A stretch of DNA of 64,000 nucleotides, taken from the NCBI GenBank assembly GCA_964016885.1, contig OZ024743.1, positions 193,874,001 to 193,938,000 of the forward strand, in the 5' to 3' direction. A model generated the notes under the pieces. It was not told the DNA's origin and did not search any database. It saw only the letters and a list, made by a program, of their open reading frames with translations. The translations under genes and the position numbers were made by a program. The stretch comes from Eledone cirrhosa. Lineage: Eukaryota. This document shows, one piece after another, positions 26,125-40,310 of this stretch (positions are counted from its first letter, which is position 1; the number at the start of each line of letters is the position of its first letter).

Positions 26125-26540
26125 TTACGGCCATGCTGTGGTGTCACCATCTACGAATTTTAGTTGATCATATCAGCTCCTCTAATTATCTTTTTATATA
26201 GTCTGGTACTTATTTCATCGATCTCTATTTGTCGAGCCAATCACTTAGGGGCATAAGAAACATTAAATGTAAACACACACATATAACCACACAGACGTAA
26301 ACAAACACACATACACACACATAACCACACAGACATAAACACATACACGCACGCACACACACACACATGTATATAACGAGCTTCTCCAGTTTCTGTATAT
26401 CCAGTTTAACTCACAAGGCATTCGTCAACCCGAGGTTAAAGTAGAAGACACATGCCCAAAGTGCCTCACAGTGTGACTGAACCTTAAACCATGTGGTTGC
26501 CAAGTGAACTCCTTAACCACCACACGGCGCTGCCTGCACC
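26125..26540 (-). mobile_element. tRNA-headed SINE family B with internal (CA)n; a 3' fragment also at about 49708-49765
   Basis: GGCCATGCTG..CTGGTACTTAT..CTCACAAGGC..GTAGAAGACAC-TGCCCAA..GACTGAACC, resembling an abundant octopod SINE. Confidence 0.7.
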
Positions 26541-26994
26541 GTTAATGAAAAATAGGAATTATGTTGTTGAGATATTTTTCATATTCAATTATTCATTGAG
26601 AATGTAATGAGAGACTTGGCTTATAAGAGCTTATAAATGAAGTAATATTTTAATCATCTTTGCATACTTAATATAACAGTATAGTATTACTGTAATATCC
26701 TACAGACTCATTTTAATGACTATCAAAGTTTGTAATGATGTCTACTTCTCTGTACAGACATCACAATATACAAATATTTATATATTTAATTTCATTTTGA
26801 AGAAATTTATTCCACAATATACGCAGGTGTACTTTATTGGAACTGTTGAAAACTAATAAGATTTCAAGATGCAAATGCTGAAAAGCTCTCATTAATTCAA
26901 AGGTAATGATGCATTCTGAGAATTTGCCTTAATTTCAGATCTTAAAACACTTTCCCAGTTAAACAAATATTTTGTTCATTGTAATTTATTTATT

Positions 26995-28001
26995 ACTACC
27001 AGCAGGACCCAGCGTTGCACGGGTAGGAAACGTGAAATAGCAACACGCATATGCAAAGATTGAGGAATGTAGCTGCGTACTTTTTGAATTCCCTTATTCT
27101 TAGGGAATGATTGTTCATCTACTGGAAACGTAGAACACCAGCAGCCCCGAATCGTGAAACATCTGCATGCATGTGCAAAATATGAAGAAAATCAGCTGGA
27201 TACTCTTTAAGCGTTCTAAATCTTAGAGTATGATTTTTCTTCCATTTGGAGAAAATCGCTAAGGTACTTTTCGAGTTTTATTGATACGCACCCAGTCATC
27301 CAGACAGACATCATCAGTTATGTCTATTGCACCTTCATGCATACTGTACAGAGTAAAGCCTGCAATGCTTGAGTAAGACATGTCATGTAACCACACAGCA
27401 TGTTGGGCCTTCCCCACAGGAGACCATAGCCTCTTCGTAAATCTACCCAATCTGATATAGACCGAACTGTTATATCGGATTCCGAACGCTTCGGAATTAC
27501 TATTGGGGTCACTATCAACAAGGCGCCGACAAACATTTTAAGGTCCTCCTTATTTCCTTAAAACCCCGAAAATGGTCCTGCTTAAAAGTAAGTAGATGTT
27601 GTGTCCTCTGTTAAATAAACCAAATTTTTAACGAAATATTATACGTTACTTACGATGTTTAAGTAGCGTTTATATTGAAAATGAAAATGGCATGTAATGC
27701 CCAATGCTAATTCGTAAATTTCCTAGAAACCATTAATGGAATCGGAAATTTGTTTAACTACAGCAATGCGAGGGGACTAACTAATGTGTGCTGCAAATTT
27801 CGAGGAAATCGGCTGGATTATCTTTAAGTTACGCCTAAAAAAAGCATAAAAATGCCTAATGCGAAAAAGTTAAAATTCTTTTAGCCCGTTGCACTTCAAG
27901 AAATGTAAGTAACGCGTGTGTAAAGTTTGAAAAATATCGGTCGGGTACTTCTCGAGTTTTAGGGATTTACACAGACAGACATCCTCTGTTTTATTTATAT
28001 A
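26995..28001 (-). mobile_element. Non-autonomous Helitron-like element
   Basis: Minus 5' end TATATAAATAAAACAGAGGATGTCTGTCTG; 3' hairpin CCCGTGCAACGCTGGG followed by a CTAG-like end; internal subrepeats. Confidence 0.6.
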
Positions 28002-28254
28002 ATCGTTTTCTGATATTTGCTTCCATCTAGAGCCTCTTTGGGGGCTCGAGATACGCAAACTTTGTGCGTCCATCTCCACTTTGCTGGGCAAATCGCAGGC
28101 CCGTCGTTTGTTTTGACGACATTGATGGTGACTGCAATATATTTATCATACAGCCCCCACCCCACATACTTAAAGCCTGAACGCGTCTCAAGAAGAAGAA
28201 GAAGAAGAAAAAGAAGAAGAAGAAGAAGAAGTTAGTTTCTATTATATCGATAGC

Positions 28255-28730
28255 AGTTCTTTCTTATTGTGTCCACAACAGTGTCATCTACAAAGCTTGG
28301 TTAGATGTGGTTCCGCTACAGCTGAACACATTGCTGTCCTTTCTCATTAAACTCTGCCAAGTCCAATGCTGTGCAGGGGTGTTCCAACAGGGGTCATAGC
28401 AGGAGGTGCTGCATAGTCTGTGGTTCGATGCTGCAGTCACACACAACATCCCTATCCTTTAAATATCCCTATTTTGCTAGATTGACTTTTGCACAACCAA
28501 CACCAGAGCTTAATTTGTTGAAGCATTTCAACATTGCATAATTTGTATCTGCTCTTTGGGCAGTGCCTCACTTGCCTTTAGCTCCATTATTGTTACAGAT
28601 GGGAGGTTTTTCTTCCTAGCGAGTGACTCTTTCACTACTTATGCTTGATGTTTCAAGGGGTGTGACGGTCTTTAGGAACTTTTCCTGGATGTAAGGCAGC
28701 TTTTGGCTGGCGCATTACCGAAGAGAGGAT
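28255..28730 (-). mobile_element. Vingi/ingi-like LINE 3' fragment
   Basis: GVGCAKVNLAK*GY..CDCSIEPQTMQHLLL*PLLEHPCTALDL, then a short 3'UTR ending GGACACAATAAGAAAGAA. Confidence 0.7.
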
Positions 28731-29987
28731 GTTTTTTTTATTTGTAGTCAGTTGTTGACGCTCTTTCTTGCTTATTTGACTAGTATTAATTTATCAAACT
28801 GTGAAGGATAAAATCAAAGAGACAACAACAAAAACAACGAACAAATGCAATGTCGATCTGGACGGTATTTGAACTCATAAGCAAATACCACAAGGTATTT
28901 TATTCGACGCACTCACGATTTTTCTTTTCCCTAACTTGCATATCTTTATGTTACTCATGTATAAAAATCTCGTTTCCTTCAACAGTTTGTTACGGTACCA
29001 TAATTATAAAAAAATACATAATATATTTTAGCATTAAACAATCGGATATGAATACTTAAATTCCTGTTTGTAAAACAACAAAATCCTCATTATGGGAAAT
29101 ATAATGCATTTAGAAATTGCTTAAATAAATTTTATGAGAAAGGTTATGCTTTTAAAACCCCCAGGGCGTTTCCTTTTAATATAAAAAAAAACAAAAACAA
29201 AAAAGCGGTCAGTATTAGGAGAAAATACAAAATTTAATTCCAAATTCATGCTTTTAGTAATTTTGCTTAGATTTTGGAAAATTAAAAAAACTCCAATACT
29301 AAAAAAAAGAACAAAAAGCATGCCTTCCCACCACACACACATTCCCACAAAAATCAATCAAATGACCCCAATAAAGTTTGTGGTTTTATGAGGAAGAGAA
29401 TGAAATTAATTAATATTTAAAAAGGTGTCTTTCAGATACCGGAGTGGGTAGTATATGAGAGCTAAGAACATTGATGATGGATAGAGAGTTTCCATGAAGA
29501 ATGGTAAAGAAATGTCGGTATAGATAGATAGATAGATAGATTAGTTTTTACAGTCAAGACCATGCTGGAATATGTAATAAGTACGGTTATAATGCAAATT
29601 GTTGTCTGTAATTAGCTGATACTACCACATTTGTTGGGTATTTAACTTCAGACAAAATAAGGTGTACACAGTCTCCCGCAATGATTCCAAATGGAGCCGA
29701 AACTCGTTCACGCTATTTCGGTTTACGGAGAACCCCCCCCCCCCCACACACACACACTCTATCCCCTCTCTCTCTCTTTTTTTTTCTGTGGAAAACATTA
29801 ATTGTGTTTAGGCATTGAGAAAGGATGGGCACCTCCAAGTTTAAAGTGCCTACCTAATACACTATATGTCACCAAGGCGCCTTTACGATTCCATCAGAAA
29901 TCATTTGTCCACGTACATACGTACATACATGTATGAATGTATGTATGTATACATGTATGCTCCTATGTGTGTATGTATGTATTTATA

Positions 29988-30393
29988 TGGTGGCTGCCAA
30001 CTCGTTTTCGAGTACGGCCACTACTTTATATCCATGTAGGAGAACCCCTACCAATGCGCTGAACGAGTGTGACTTTTTAGTCCAGCCAGCGACTTGAAAA
30101 CTCTGGTACAAACACTACACTTGTGACAATTATTGACACATAGTGCTGGGCCCATGGTACCATGTGACAAGTGCAGAGAGATCTCCAGATATAAAGCAAT
30201 GCCTGTGCTGTGAAGCTTTTATAGTGAGCAAAGGCACTGCACAAAGCCAGTCCCACTCTCTTAACCAAGATGATATTTACCAAAAAGAAGAACAATTCAA
30301 CATCATTGGATACCATCAGGGTTGCAGGTGTTATATCAGAGTTTTCCTTCTCCTAGAATTCTGCCTTGACAAAGGCTAAGGGGTCATCTCTCC
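29988..30393 (-). mobile_element. Short RTE-derived element, copy 3
   Basis: Reverse complement of 3920-4328. Confidence 0.75.
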
Positions 30394-30709
30394 CGATGTA
30401 TATATATAAATACATACATACACACATAGGTGCATACATGTATACATACATACATTCATACATACATTCATACATAAATACATTCATACATACATTCATA
30501 AATACATTCATACATACATTCATACATAAATACATTCACACGTAAGTACATCCATCCATACATAAATACACACGTACATACATACATAAATACATACATA
30601 CGCACGTATGTGCATACATACATACACACGTATGTACTTACATAAATGCATACACACACATATATACATACATACACACTATGTACTTACATAAATGCAT
30701 ACACATACA

Positions 30710-30738
<29 letters not shown>

Positions 30739-30740
<2 letters not shown>

Positions 30741-31115
30741 TGGGGCACTGGGGTATGTTAGTAACTGCCTCAATACACATCTTGAGAAGCTGGGCTTCAC
30801 AGGAACAGAAAGAACACAACTAGTTAGGAAATTACAAGTACAATCCATTAATAGAACAGTAAAAATATGTAAAGCATTCCAAAAATTTTGCATCTAATAA
30901 CTGCATATACACATGTACAGATACAAAGCATATACACATGCACACATACAACTCAAAACATCCACATCCACACAATAACATCCATACCTACACATGCATA
31001 CATACATACATATCTACCTAGTTGATGTGTAAAGTTGAGAGAGTCTTGTGTCTATGTTAGAAACCGACTCTCTCTCTATTGGCAAAAATTTGTGAAATTA
31101 TAAAACCAGAAGAAC
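30739..31115 (+). mobile_element. R4/Dong-like LINE 3' end embedded in (CATA)n
   Basis: IGALGYVSNCLNTHLEKLG...LQVQSINRTVKICKAF* (RLE C-terminus) plus 3'UTR. Confidence 0.75.
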
Positions 31116-31154
31116 ATACATACATACATACATCATACATACATACATATATAC

Positions 31155-31533
31155 ATGGTGGCTGCTAACTCGTTTTCGAGTACGGCCACTACGTTATATC
31201 CATGTAGGAGAACCCCTACCGATGTGCTGAACAAGTGTGACTTTTTAGTCCAGACAGCGACTTGAAAACTCTGGTACAAACACTACACTTGTGACAATTA
31301 CTGACACATAGTGCTGGGCCCATGGTACCATGTGACGACAAGTGCAAAGAGATCTCCAGATATAAAGCAATGCCTGTTCCGTGAAGCTTTTATAGTGAGC
31401 AAAGGCACTGCACAAAGCCAGTCCCACTCTCTTAAACAAGATATTTACCAAAAATAAGAACAAGTCAACATCATTGGATACCATCAGGGTTGCAGGTGTT
31501 ATATCAGAGTTTTCCTTCTCCTAGAATTCTGCC
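31155..31533 (-). mobile_element. Short RTE-derived element, copy 4 (5'-truncated)
   Basis: Reverse complement of about 3947-4328. Confidence 0.75.
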
Positions 31534-31544
31534 ACATACATACA

Positions 31545-31575
<31 letters not shown>

Positions 31576-32057
31576 TGGAATGATTATATGCATAAATTAT
31601 AGAAGCAGTATTGTTAATAAAATACTATTCAAAATATTTTGTTTATGTCACACATAAACATTAAACATATTTTTAAACCATTTCTTTATTTTGCTTAGGC
31701 TTGGAACAACAAAAGTTTGCCTTATCTAAATTAATCTTATTACGTATCAGGTCGTCTATTGTTTTACTGGAAAAAAATGTACAATTTATGCTAAATGTTG
31801 TTTCTAATAAACTAAAATAATGTGGCTTTCTCCTCCATAGATTACAACTTAAGATCTGTAAAGAGATACAAACGTAGACCCCCCCCCCACCTATCCCCCC
31901 CCCAAGATAATTCTGGTTGTTATAAATACTTACCAAAAGAAATAGGACGAATTGTCTATTGAGGAATTTGGAAAATAAAAGAAAAAGAAAAAGAAAACAA
32001 AACAGAACGTTGGTAAGCAATTATAAAGATATTGTCTATTGAAGTGGTTATTTATAT

Positions 32058-32175
32058 AATTGTTTCTACTTTTGGCACAAGGCCAGCAATTATCCCAGTG
32101 TATTACTGGTACTTTATTTTATCGACCCCATAAGGATGATAGGCAAAGTTAACCTCGGCGAGATTTGAACTCAGA
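32058..32175 (-). mobile_element. SINE family A, 5'-truncated
   Basis: Core and tail motif. Confidence 0.8.
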
Positions 32176-32552
32176 ATGGTTATTTATATAATAGTCAGTT
32201 AAATTGTTCAATGACGTTGAGAATTTTTTCTTTATTCCATTCATTTTCTGCTAGTAGGTGTCTGTAAGTAACATGGGAATAACTTGTTCATAGTATAAAG
32301 ACAAACATATCAACGAGAGTCTTGTATAGTCTTGTAGATTATCAAATATCATACACATGTTGTTTATGGTAAGTTGACTTTTTAAAGTAATATATGACGT
32401 AAGGGGTTAGTTTTGGACCACCCGGTAATTTTTAGGCCAGGAACTGGCATATAAAGTCTACTGTGCATTTTCATTTCCATTAGACGAAGCACCAGAACGA
32501 AGCAGCTAGCAAAAGAGTGAGAATATAGGGAAACAGGAGTGAGGCAGTTAAA

Positions 32553-32562
32553 GTGTGTGTGT

Positions 32563-32593
<31 letters not shown>

Positions 32594-32790
32594 GGAGAAA
32601 GAGTGAGATTTAGGGGGGGGGGGTAGATAGAGAGATAGAAATAGAGATAGATAGCGAGATAGAGAGATAGAGATGGATAGATAGATAGAGATGGATAGAG
32701 ATAGGTAGATAGAGATATATAGATAGATAGATAGAGATAGGTAGATAGAGATAGGTAGATAGAGATAGGTAGATAGAGATAGGTAGATAG

Positions 32791-32829
<39 letters not shown>

Positions 32830-32975
32830 GATAGGTAGATAGAGATAGATAGATAGAGATGGCTAGATAGATAGCCTGAGATAGATATATAGAGATGGAT
32901 AGATATAGAGAGATGGATAGATAGAGATGGATAGATATAGAGAGATGGATAGATAGAGATAGAGAGATATATAGA
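32553..32975. repeat. Compound (GA)n/(GATA)n array
   Basis: Seen directly. Confidence 0.9.
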
Positions 32976-34314
32976 AAGAAAGCTATAGTGCTGGACTTAG
33001 CAAACACTTCTTTAAAGACGGAAATTGACAGTTTTAATGTAAAATGCTGATGTGATAAGTTAAAAGGAGTAGTTTCCAGTTAAAAACAACCCCAAACTTC
33101 ACCCACCTTCGCCTTTCTTCTCTCCATCTACCTTCCCCCGCCTTCCTTCTCTCACCTTCATTCTCAACCCCACCTTCCTATCGCCACCTTCATACCCACT
33201 TCCCAGCCGGTACCGGTTTATATTACTGTTTTCTTTGTAATTTTAACTTCTGTACATGTCTTTCTTTAATTTGCTCTCTTATAACCTCCCCACCTTTATT
33301 TCACTCCTTACTTCGTCCTAGTGGCCAACTTCTAATGAAAATACATACGCATGGTCGACTTTGATAACATTTCAATCCTCAATCCATTAAATGCAGTATA
33401 ATTCAGAACTAACGTTTTTTTACTTCCATTTATTTATTTACTCTAACTCGTAAAAAAAACAATAATATTTTTAATAATTTCCTTTATTAGAGAAACAGAA
33501 AATATCTTTTGATATTGAAGATAGACAAAATATGTTTAACATTTTCGCCCGAATGGACAAAAATGCTGCAATAATAATTCATCAATAAGACTTTTGACAC
33601 TCAAAGTTAGCAACATTTTACCTCAGAAAGTTTGTTTTAATTTCACGATCTTTTAGTGGTTTCATCTTGTAAACGAGATGTTTTATTACATCTCAAAAGT
33701 GAACTAACGACAAAGAATACGCTATAAAACCAATATATAACCATTTCTTAAACTCTCTTCCATATTAAGATGATAGTGCCATATCTTTTAGAAGTAATTT
33801 TCACTTTGAAATCTTGATAAAAATTCAGTTGCCGACATCTGTAAATATCTATCTCCAAGTAATAACTAAAAATTATCCAAGATATTCCTTTGCAAGAGAT
33901 AGCCACCGAAACTGTTTTCTCCGGCATGTAACATGTAAGCTTATAACGGACCAGTAGATACAATTACGACAGTTCATATAACCAAACATATAACTTGCCA
34001 AGATAGGTCTCCATTTTACAAACGTTATTGAAAGAAAGTAGCAATGTTCCAGCCGTCTGTTTGTGCCTCCATTTTGCATGCTCTCTATGCAAGATCTTTA
34101 TGTAAGACACCATCTTGTTCTGTCATAAAACACAAGGCATTATTTTTACTAATCCTTAACACATATGAATGGATTGTAAGGGTTTCATGCTAATCATCTT
34201 AATCCATAAAGTTTCTCTGCTGGAGTTGATGAAAACTGGTCTTCGTGATCTTATAAGATTATTTACATACTCGGTTTCTTAAAATCACCCAATGTGATAT
34301 CCATATCGACGGAG

Positions 34315-34755
34315 CTCATCCCCTCCAGGTCTGAACAGCCCATTACTTCTTCGCCCACTTATTTTTGAGAGGGTTGTGGTAGCAGAGACCTGAAACACTC
34401 CTACCAGTGGGTCCTGTCAGAAATCTTCTTTAACTGATCCGGCTGGATTTCCAAGCTCAATGGATGTTATCTAAACATCTTGCTCGGTGTCTACCCCTGG
34501 GTTTCCTGCGGTTGGTTTTTGCCAGTAAAATCTGTCCAGCGCTTCTTTCCTGAGACATTCTACCACATGCCCATATTATCAGAACTGGGATCTCTCAATT
34601 CGGAGAAGTAGCGGCTCTATCTGGAGTGACTCTTTTATCTCCGATCTACGTATTCTATCAAGTAACGTTACTCCAAAGACCCTTCGGAGGAACCCCATTT
34701 CGGCCATTTTTATTAGAGATCGTATTCCTTCAGTCATTACTCAAGATTCATGACG
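34315..34755 (-). mobile_element. RTE/Expander-like LINE 3' coding fragment
   Basis: AEMGFLRRVFGVTLLDRIRRSEIKESLQIEPLLLRIERSQ..YGHV. Confidence 0.8.
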
Positions 34756-35112
34756 ACCTGCTAATCTAATATTATAAAAAAAAAAGAAAAAAATTCGAAA
34801 AAGGAAATAAAGGAAAAAAGAAAATCGGAACTAAATTTATTTCCTCAATATTTTGCCATCTATGTGTATCTAAGAAATAAAAAAACATATTTTAGCTTTT
34901 TTTTTGTGGAAAATACAACTAGCTAGTTATGATACAGCAGCTTTAGCACATCCATTATCATTCCTTTTGTAATAGTATTTAACTGCTGACAGTCTTTGTA
35001 CCTTTATTAATAATTGTTCGTGTTTATTTAAGAAAGTATAATCAAACTTCAACATATCTAAAAAGAGGGTGCCATTTTAAAACTAGATTTATTTTGCCGA
35101 TTACGATGAAAG

Positions 35113-35367
35113 AGTATCATCATCATCATTATCATCGTCGTCATCATCATCGTCATTATCATTGTCGTGGTCATCGTCGTTACAATCGTCATCACCATTG
35201 TCACCTTAGTCGTGGTCGGCGTCGTTATAATTGTCATCGTCCTCGTCGTTGTCATCGTTGCCGTCACCATTGTCATCATCATCATCATCATCATCATCGT
35301 CATTATCGTTATCGTCGTCATCGCCATCCTCTTCAATACCAGCAGTAGCAGTAGTAGTAGTAGTAGC

Positions 35368-35405
<38 letters not shown>

Positions 35406-35433
35406 CAGCAGCAGCAGCAGCAGGAGCAGCAGC

Positions 35434-35480
<47 letters not shown>

Positions 35481-35490
35481 CAGCAGCAGC

Positions 35491-35541
<51 letters not shown>
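35113..35541. repeat. (CAT/CGT)n followed by (TAG/CAG)n trinucleotide arrays
   Basis: Seen directly. Confidence 0.9.
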
Positions 35542-36509
35542 CACCAAAGGAAACCACTTCCAATATTTATAAATGACGTAAGTTACAGATTGCTTAAAAT
35601 AACACTTCATATCCGCAGAAATTGAATTTTTATGTCTACTTTTAGATTCCATTTATCATGTTGTAACCAACTTGAGCTTAAATATACTTCCTGAACTAAC
35701 TGATAGTGATTTTAATATGCTAATCTGACCTATGATTCAAGGTTATATGGCTTCATATATCAAGCATACAGTTTCTGTCAACCAGTTGAGGTCTGGTATT
35801 CTCTGATGACCAGCTATTATTAGCTTAAAAACCAAGAGACTAGACTGTCCTAGAAAAATCGAATTGACTTTAGAAGCTGTCAAAGACAAGTTAAATACTT
35901 CTCAGAGGCTAAAGAATAAGAGTTACAAATAATCATACAGGCATACACATGTATAAACATTCACACCAACAAGTAGACATATATATATATATATATATAT
36001 TATACATTCGCACAAAAATATGTCACAAGCATGCTCATGTAGACTTACATATACATACATACATTCGCACGAAAAATGTTACAAGTATGCACATGTACAA
36101 ACATACATTTATACTAGCAAACAGACTTACACATACATATATACATTCGCACAGAAAATATGTAACACACATACACATGTAAAAGGATTTACATCAACAA
36201 ACAGAATTACACATACATATACACACATATATTCGCACAGAAAATGTGTTATACACATGATAGCTACAAACTCTGCTAAGAGTATTGCAATCGCTTGTCA
36301 GATTACAGAGTTTGGTGCACTGTTAGGCTACCGCCAGCCACACAAACTGTAACATATCCTGAACAAGCAATGCCTGTGCTTTGAACGTTTTTTAAGTGGG
36401 GAAAGGCCTTGCACTCGACTAATTCCACTCTCTGAGCAACGAAAACACTACATCAATAAGCATACTTGCACATACATACATTCGCACAGAAAATATATTA
36501 CACACTTCT

Positions 36510-37135
36510 GCCCTTACACCAAGTCACCGCACACGACCAACCTTTACCGACCAGTCTTTCACCTTGCCCGCCCCTAAGAAGACAATACTCCGCCTCTTAC
36601 GCCGCCTCCAGTCGGATCCATTTAATTCTTCCATTTCCCCTCCCACACCTTCTCTTTTAAGCGTGCTCGCAACATTAGAAACCTTCTCGTGCGTAGTTTA
36701 CCCACGCCTTCCAACTCTACTCCTTGAATCCGAAATTCCTCCCGGCTTCACTGCCACATGTTGCTGCTTCATTATCCACACCACCACCTTCATAGGACCT
36801 AACAGCTGTATCTTTCATGTTAGGAACTCTTTCTGTTACATCTCCAGAAGCCTCGTCTATGGGCTCGAATGCACGCTATCCGAGGCCATATACATTGGAC
36901 AGACTGGCCTTTGACTGGCTGACAGATTCACTGAAGAGCTGTGGCATATCCGGATCAGTAACCGGTCCTCCGTGGCCCGATGTTTCCGCACTGCCGGTCA
37001 TTCTACATGTCACACGTCAGCTTACTGTGTTTGGGCTCGCTTCCTCTACCGGACGCTCGGACACGCACCGTCAGAGGGAACAGAGGTTTATTTTTTTTCT
37101 AAATACATCTATCCACTGTAACCTTAATGCACCTT
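36510..37135 (+). pseudogene. Penelope-like element, GIY-YIG endonuclease remnant
   Basis: FHVRNSFCYISRSLVYGLECTLSEAIYIGQTG..LADRF, then REQRFIFFL..LN. Confidence 0.8.
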
Positions 37136-37587
37136 CTTCCTCTAATCTGCCCGTCCCACCTCATCCAGTACCCCCCCATCCACGCGCCCCCACAGAAATT
37201 CTCACACACAGATATTTTACATATAAAATAAATTATCTTTAACGCATGTAAATAAACACGTAGGAACGCACACAGACACGCATACAGACACTTCAGCACA
37301 TATGCAGCACATATGCAGCACATATGCAGCACATATGCAGCACATATGCACACGAGTTTCTCACTTAGCGTTGTATAGTGTGGTTGCTATGACAATTTAA
37401 CACCTTATTTGTTTATTTCTAATTCACCTAGTCCAAGTTGAAGTTGACTTTCATTTTTTTCTTTATTAACGGATTCATATTTGTCCCCCATAATTTATTT
37501 TATATTTGATATACACAGACAAACCACACATAATGTTAATAGAGACATGTATAGACCTTCTAACTAATATATAAGGTGATAAAAAAC

Positions 37588-37702
<115 letters not shown>

Positions 37703-37937
37703 GTCGCCCCTTTCCTATTTTTTCTTATTTTCTAATCTATCTACCTGTGCTCTCCTGACGAAACATTACGCTGATCTTTTCTTTTTTTTCATCCAAAGCG
37801 TGAGCCTAATAACACTAATTGTTTTTGTATCTGTGTTTGTTATTTTTTATTATATATATATATATATTATTTACGCACACATACACACACACATATATGT
37901 GTGTGTGTGTAAATATATATATATATATATATGTGCG

Positions 37938-37974
<37 letters not shown>

Positions 37975-38927
37975 ATGTGTGTGTGTCTGTGTGTCTTTGT
38001 GCATGTGTGTTTGTGTATGTGTGTGTATGTGTGTATTGTGTATGTGGTTTGCTCTTGCATTTACACACATCTACACACTCCTATACATACCCATGCACTC
38101 ACATTAGCATTCTTCAAAAATACCTTTTTTTACTCCTTTAAGTTTAAATAATTATTATAAAGTTTGTGCTGTGAAGATAAATATCTTATTGTTGTTATTT
38201 AGCTCCAGTCTACACTGATCGTGTCACGATTATCCTGTATTTTTATGGATTTCTGTCTATACATAGGCGGCGAATTTGCAGAGGCGTTAGGGCGTTGGAT
38301 TAAGTGTGCTAAGTTCAAATCCCACCGAGTTCGATCTTGCCTTTCATTCTTTAGGCGTCGATAAATAAAGTACCAGTCTATTGGTGAAGTTGTTGAAGAG
38401 CTGGACGAGGTACTTCGTGGTGTTTTGTCCGTCTGTATGCGTTGTCAGTTCAAATCCTGATTCCTTCTAGCAGGAGTTGCGACCGAGAAATAGTATCAAC
38501 AATCGAAAGAACAATGGAAATATTCTTTCCTTGGTTCGATCTATCGATTGGCTCCTTTATTTTTTCCTCTTGACTATATTATATAATACTAGACGTTCAC
38601 TTAAAAATGTATTTAACAAAAGATTATGTTCACTTAAAAATAATTTTTAAATAATCAAAATATAATACACAGTCATATATATAATGTAAAATGTGTATAT
38701 AAGTATATGAGGGTTCTCTGACCTATATACACTGGTCACAGACACACACACATACACACACACACACACACATATTAAAATATACCAAGGAGTTCAAAAG
38801 GTGGGAGAGGGGATGCAGTACTTTGTTATTCTTTACAGAAGATGAAAACATTTGTTGTTTCAAAGTAAAAGTTATTGTGGTGGGATATAGAGAGGGAGAG
38901 AGACTTTGGTGGTCTAGTGAGAGAGGG

Positions 38928-39026
<99 letters not shown>

Positions 39027-39249
39027 GTGAGGTATGTAGTGGGATATAGAGAGCAGGAGTGAATTTATTGGTTTAGTGAGAGAGGTGGATTTGTGAGAGA
39101 GAGTGAGGTATGTTTTGGAATATAGAGAGTGGGCGAGAATTTGTTGGTTTAGTGAGAGAGGGGGAATTAAGAGAGCGAAAGAGAGTGAGATATGTAGTGG
39201 AATATAGAGAGGGGAGAGAATTTGTGGTCTATTGAGAGAGGATGTATAC

Positions 39250-39890
39250 TACTAGTAATTTCTTTTTCTTTTAAGTTAATAGCATGATAAGTAATACGAT
39301 TGGTTGTACGTTCTAAGATTATATCTTGGAATCAAAAACACAAGGTTCTAAAAACCTTCGCTAAATACAAACCACTATCTCCCTATGGACAACTGACGCT
39401 GCACACCAGGTCTGAACACGGAAGAGCTGAACTCCCACTGTCATCGCCTCCATCTCTCTGGCTCTCCCCATCTATCTGTATTATGAGCAAATGGGGTCCC
39501 ACGTGTTGGCCACCCCACGGTCCTGGCGGACAGAATGGAGAAGGCTTTCTCCGAAGGATGGTAAGGGAGATGGGCTGGAAGAGCCATTCTATCTCGCGAG
39601 GCTCACACCTGCGGCTAGCCAGCTCAGCGCATATGGTGGTAAGTAGGGAGGTAGCCCTAGAGCCAACGACACCAGAAGTCTACACTACTAGGGGCACGAC
39701 CGCCAACCTGTCGGAGAGCGACCGATACTTGGAGAGTTTGCCTTCCTCAACCCGAAGTGCAGCAGAACCTGGGTTAGTCGCTGACTGCAGCAAGGTTGCG
39801 GTTGGAGAAAGTGTCACTGCAAGTGGCATCCCAGACGAGGGGGTTGGCACCGCGGAACGGGAAGATGGTCAAACCTCGTGGAAGTCTTGC
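39250..39890 (-). mobile_element. CRE-clade non-LTR retrotransposon 3' end (RLE domain)
   Basis: Minus frames: GLTIFPF..LVWDATCSDTF..EEGKLSKY..VPLVV*TSG..EPREIEWLFQPISLTILR. Confidence 0.75.
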
Positions 39891-40067
39891 TATTTTTTAT
39901 TAAAATAACATGCGACTCTACGATCTGAATTTAATTCCCGCTGGGATTAAATTTACCTTCCATCCTTCTGTCGTCCATACAATGAAGTACCAGTCAAGTA
40001 TTTGAGTCAATATAAATCAACTTACTCTCCTCACAAATTGCTGGCCTTGTGCCTAAAATTACAAGTC

Positions 40068-40095
40068 TCTTCTTCTTCTTCTTCTTCTTCTTCTT

Positions 40096-40127
<32 letters not shown>

Positions 40128-40310
40128 ACCTAGGAGGATCAGGGGATCTCCTGCCAATTGGTTTTTGACTATAAAATATGTCCAGAGATTTTTCCTTGAG
40201 ACATTCTAACCACATGTCCATTGTATCGGAGCTTGTAATATCTCAATTCGGAGAAGTAGCGGCTCTACCTGGAGTGACTCTTTGATGTCCGTGCTACGCA
40301 CTCTATCGAA
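40068..40310 (-). mobile_element. RTE/Expander-like fragment next to (TTC)n, between family A SINEs
   Basis: TCTCAATTCGGAGAAGTAGCGGCTCTA shared with about 34590; SINE cores at about 39915-40060, 40330-40510 and 40530-40920. Confidence 0.7.

Noticed and set aside
25054-26907. Possible host exons (AG..GT segments near 25065-25108 and 26827-26901)
   Set aside because: Stop codons or tiny unrecognisable peptides; unsupported without RNA data.
39300-39908. 202-aa plus-strand ORF
   Set aside because: Antisense shadow of the CRE endonuclease remnant.
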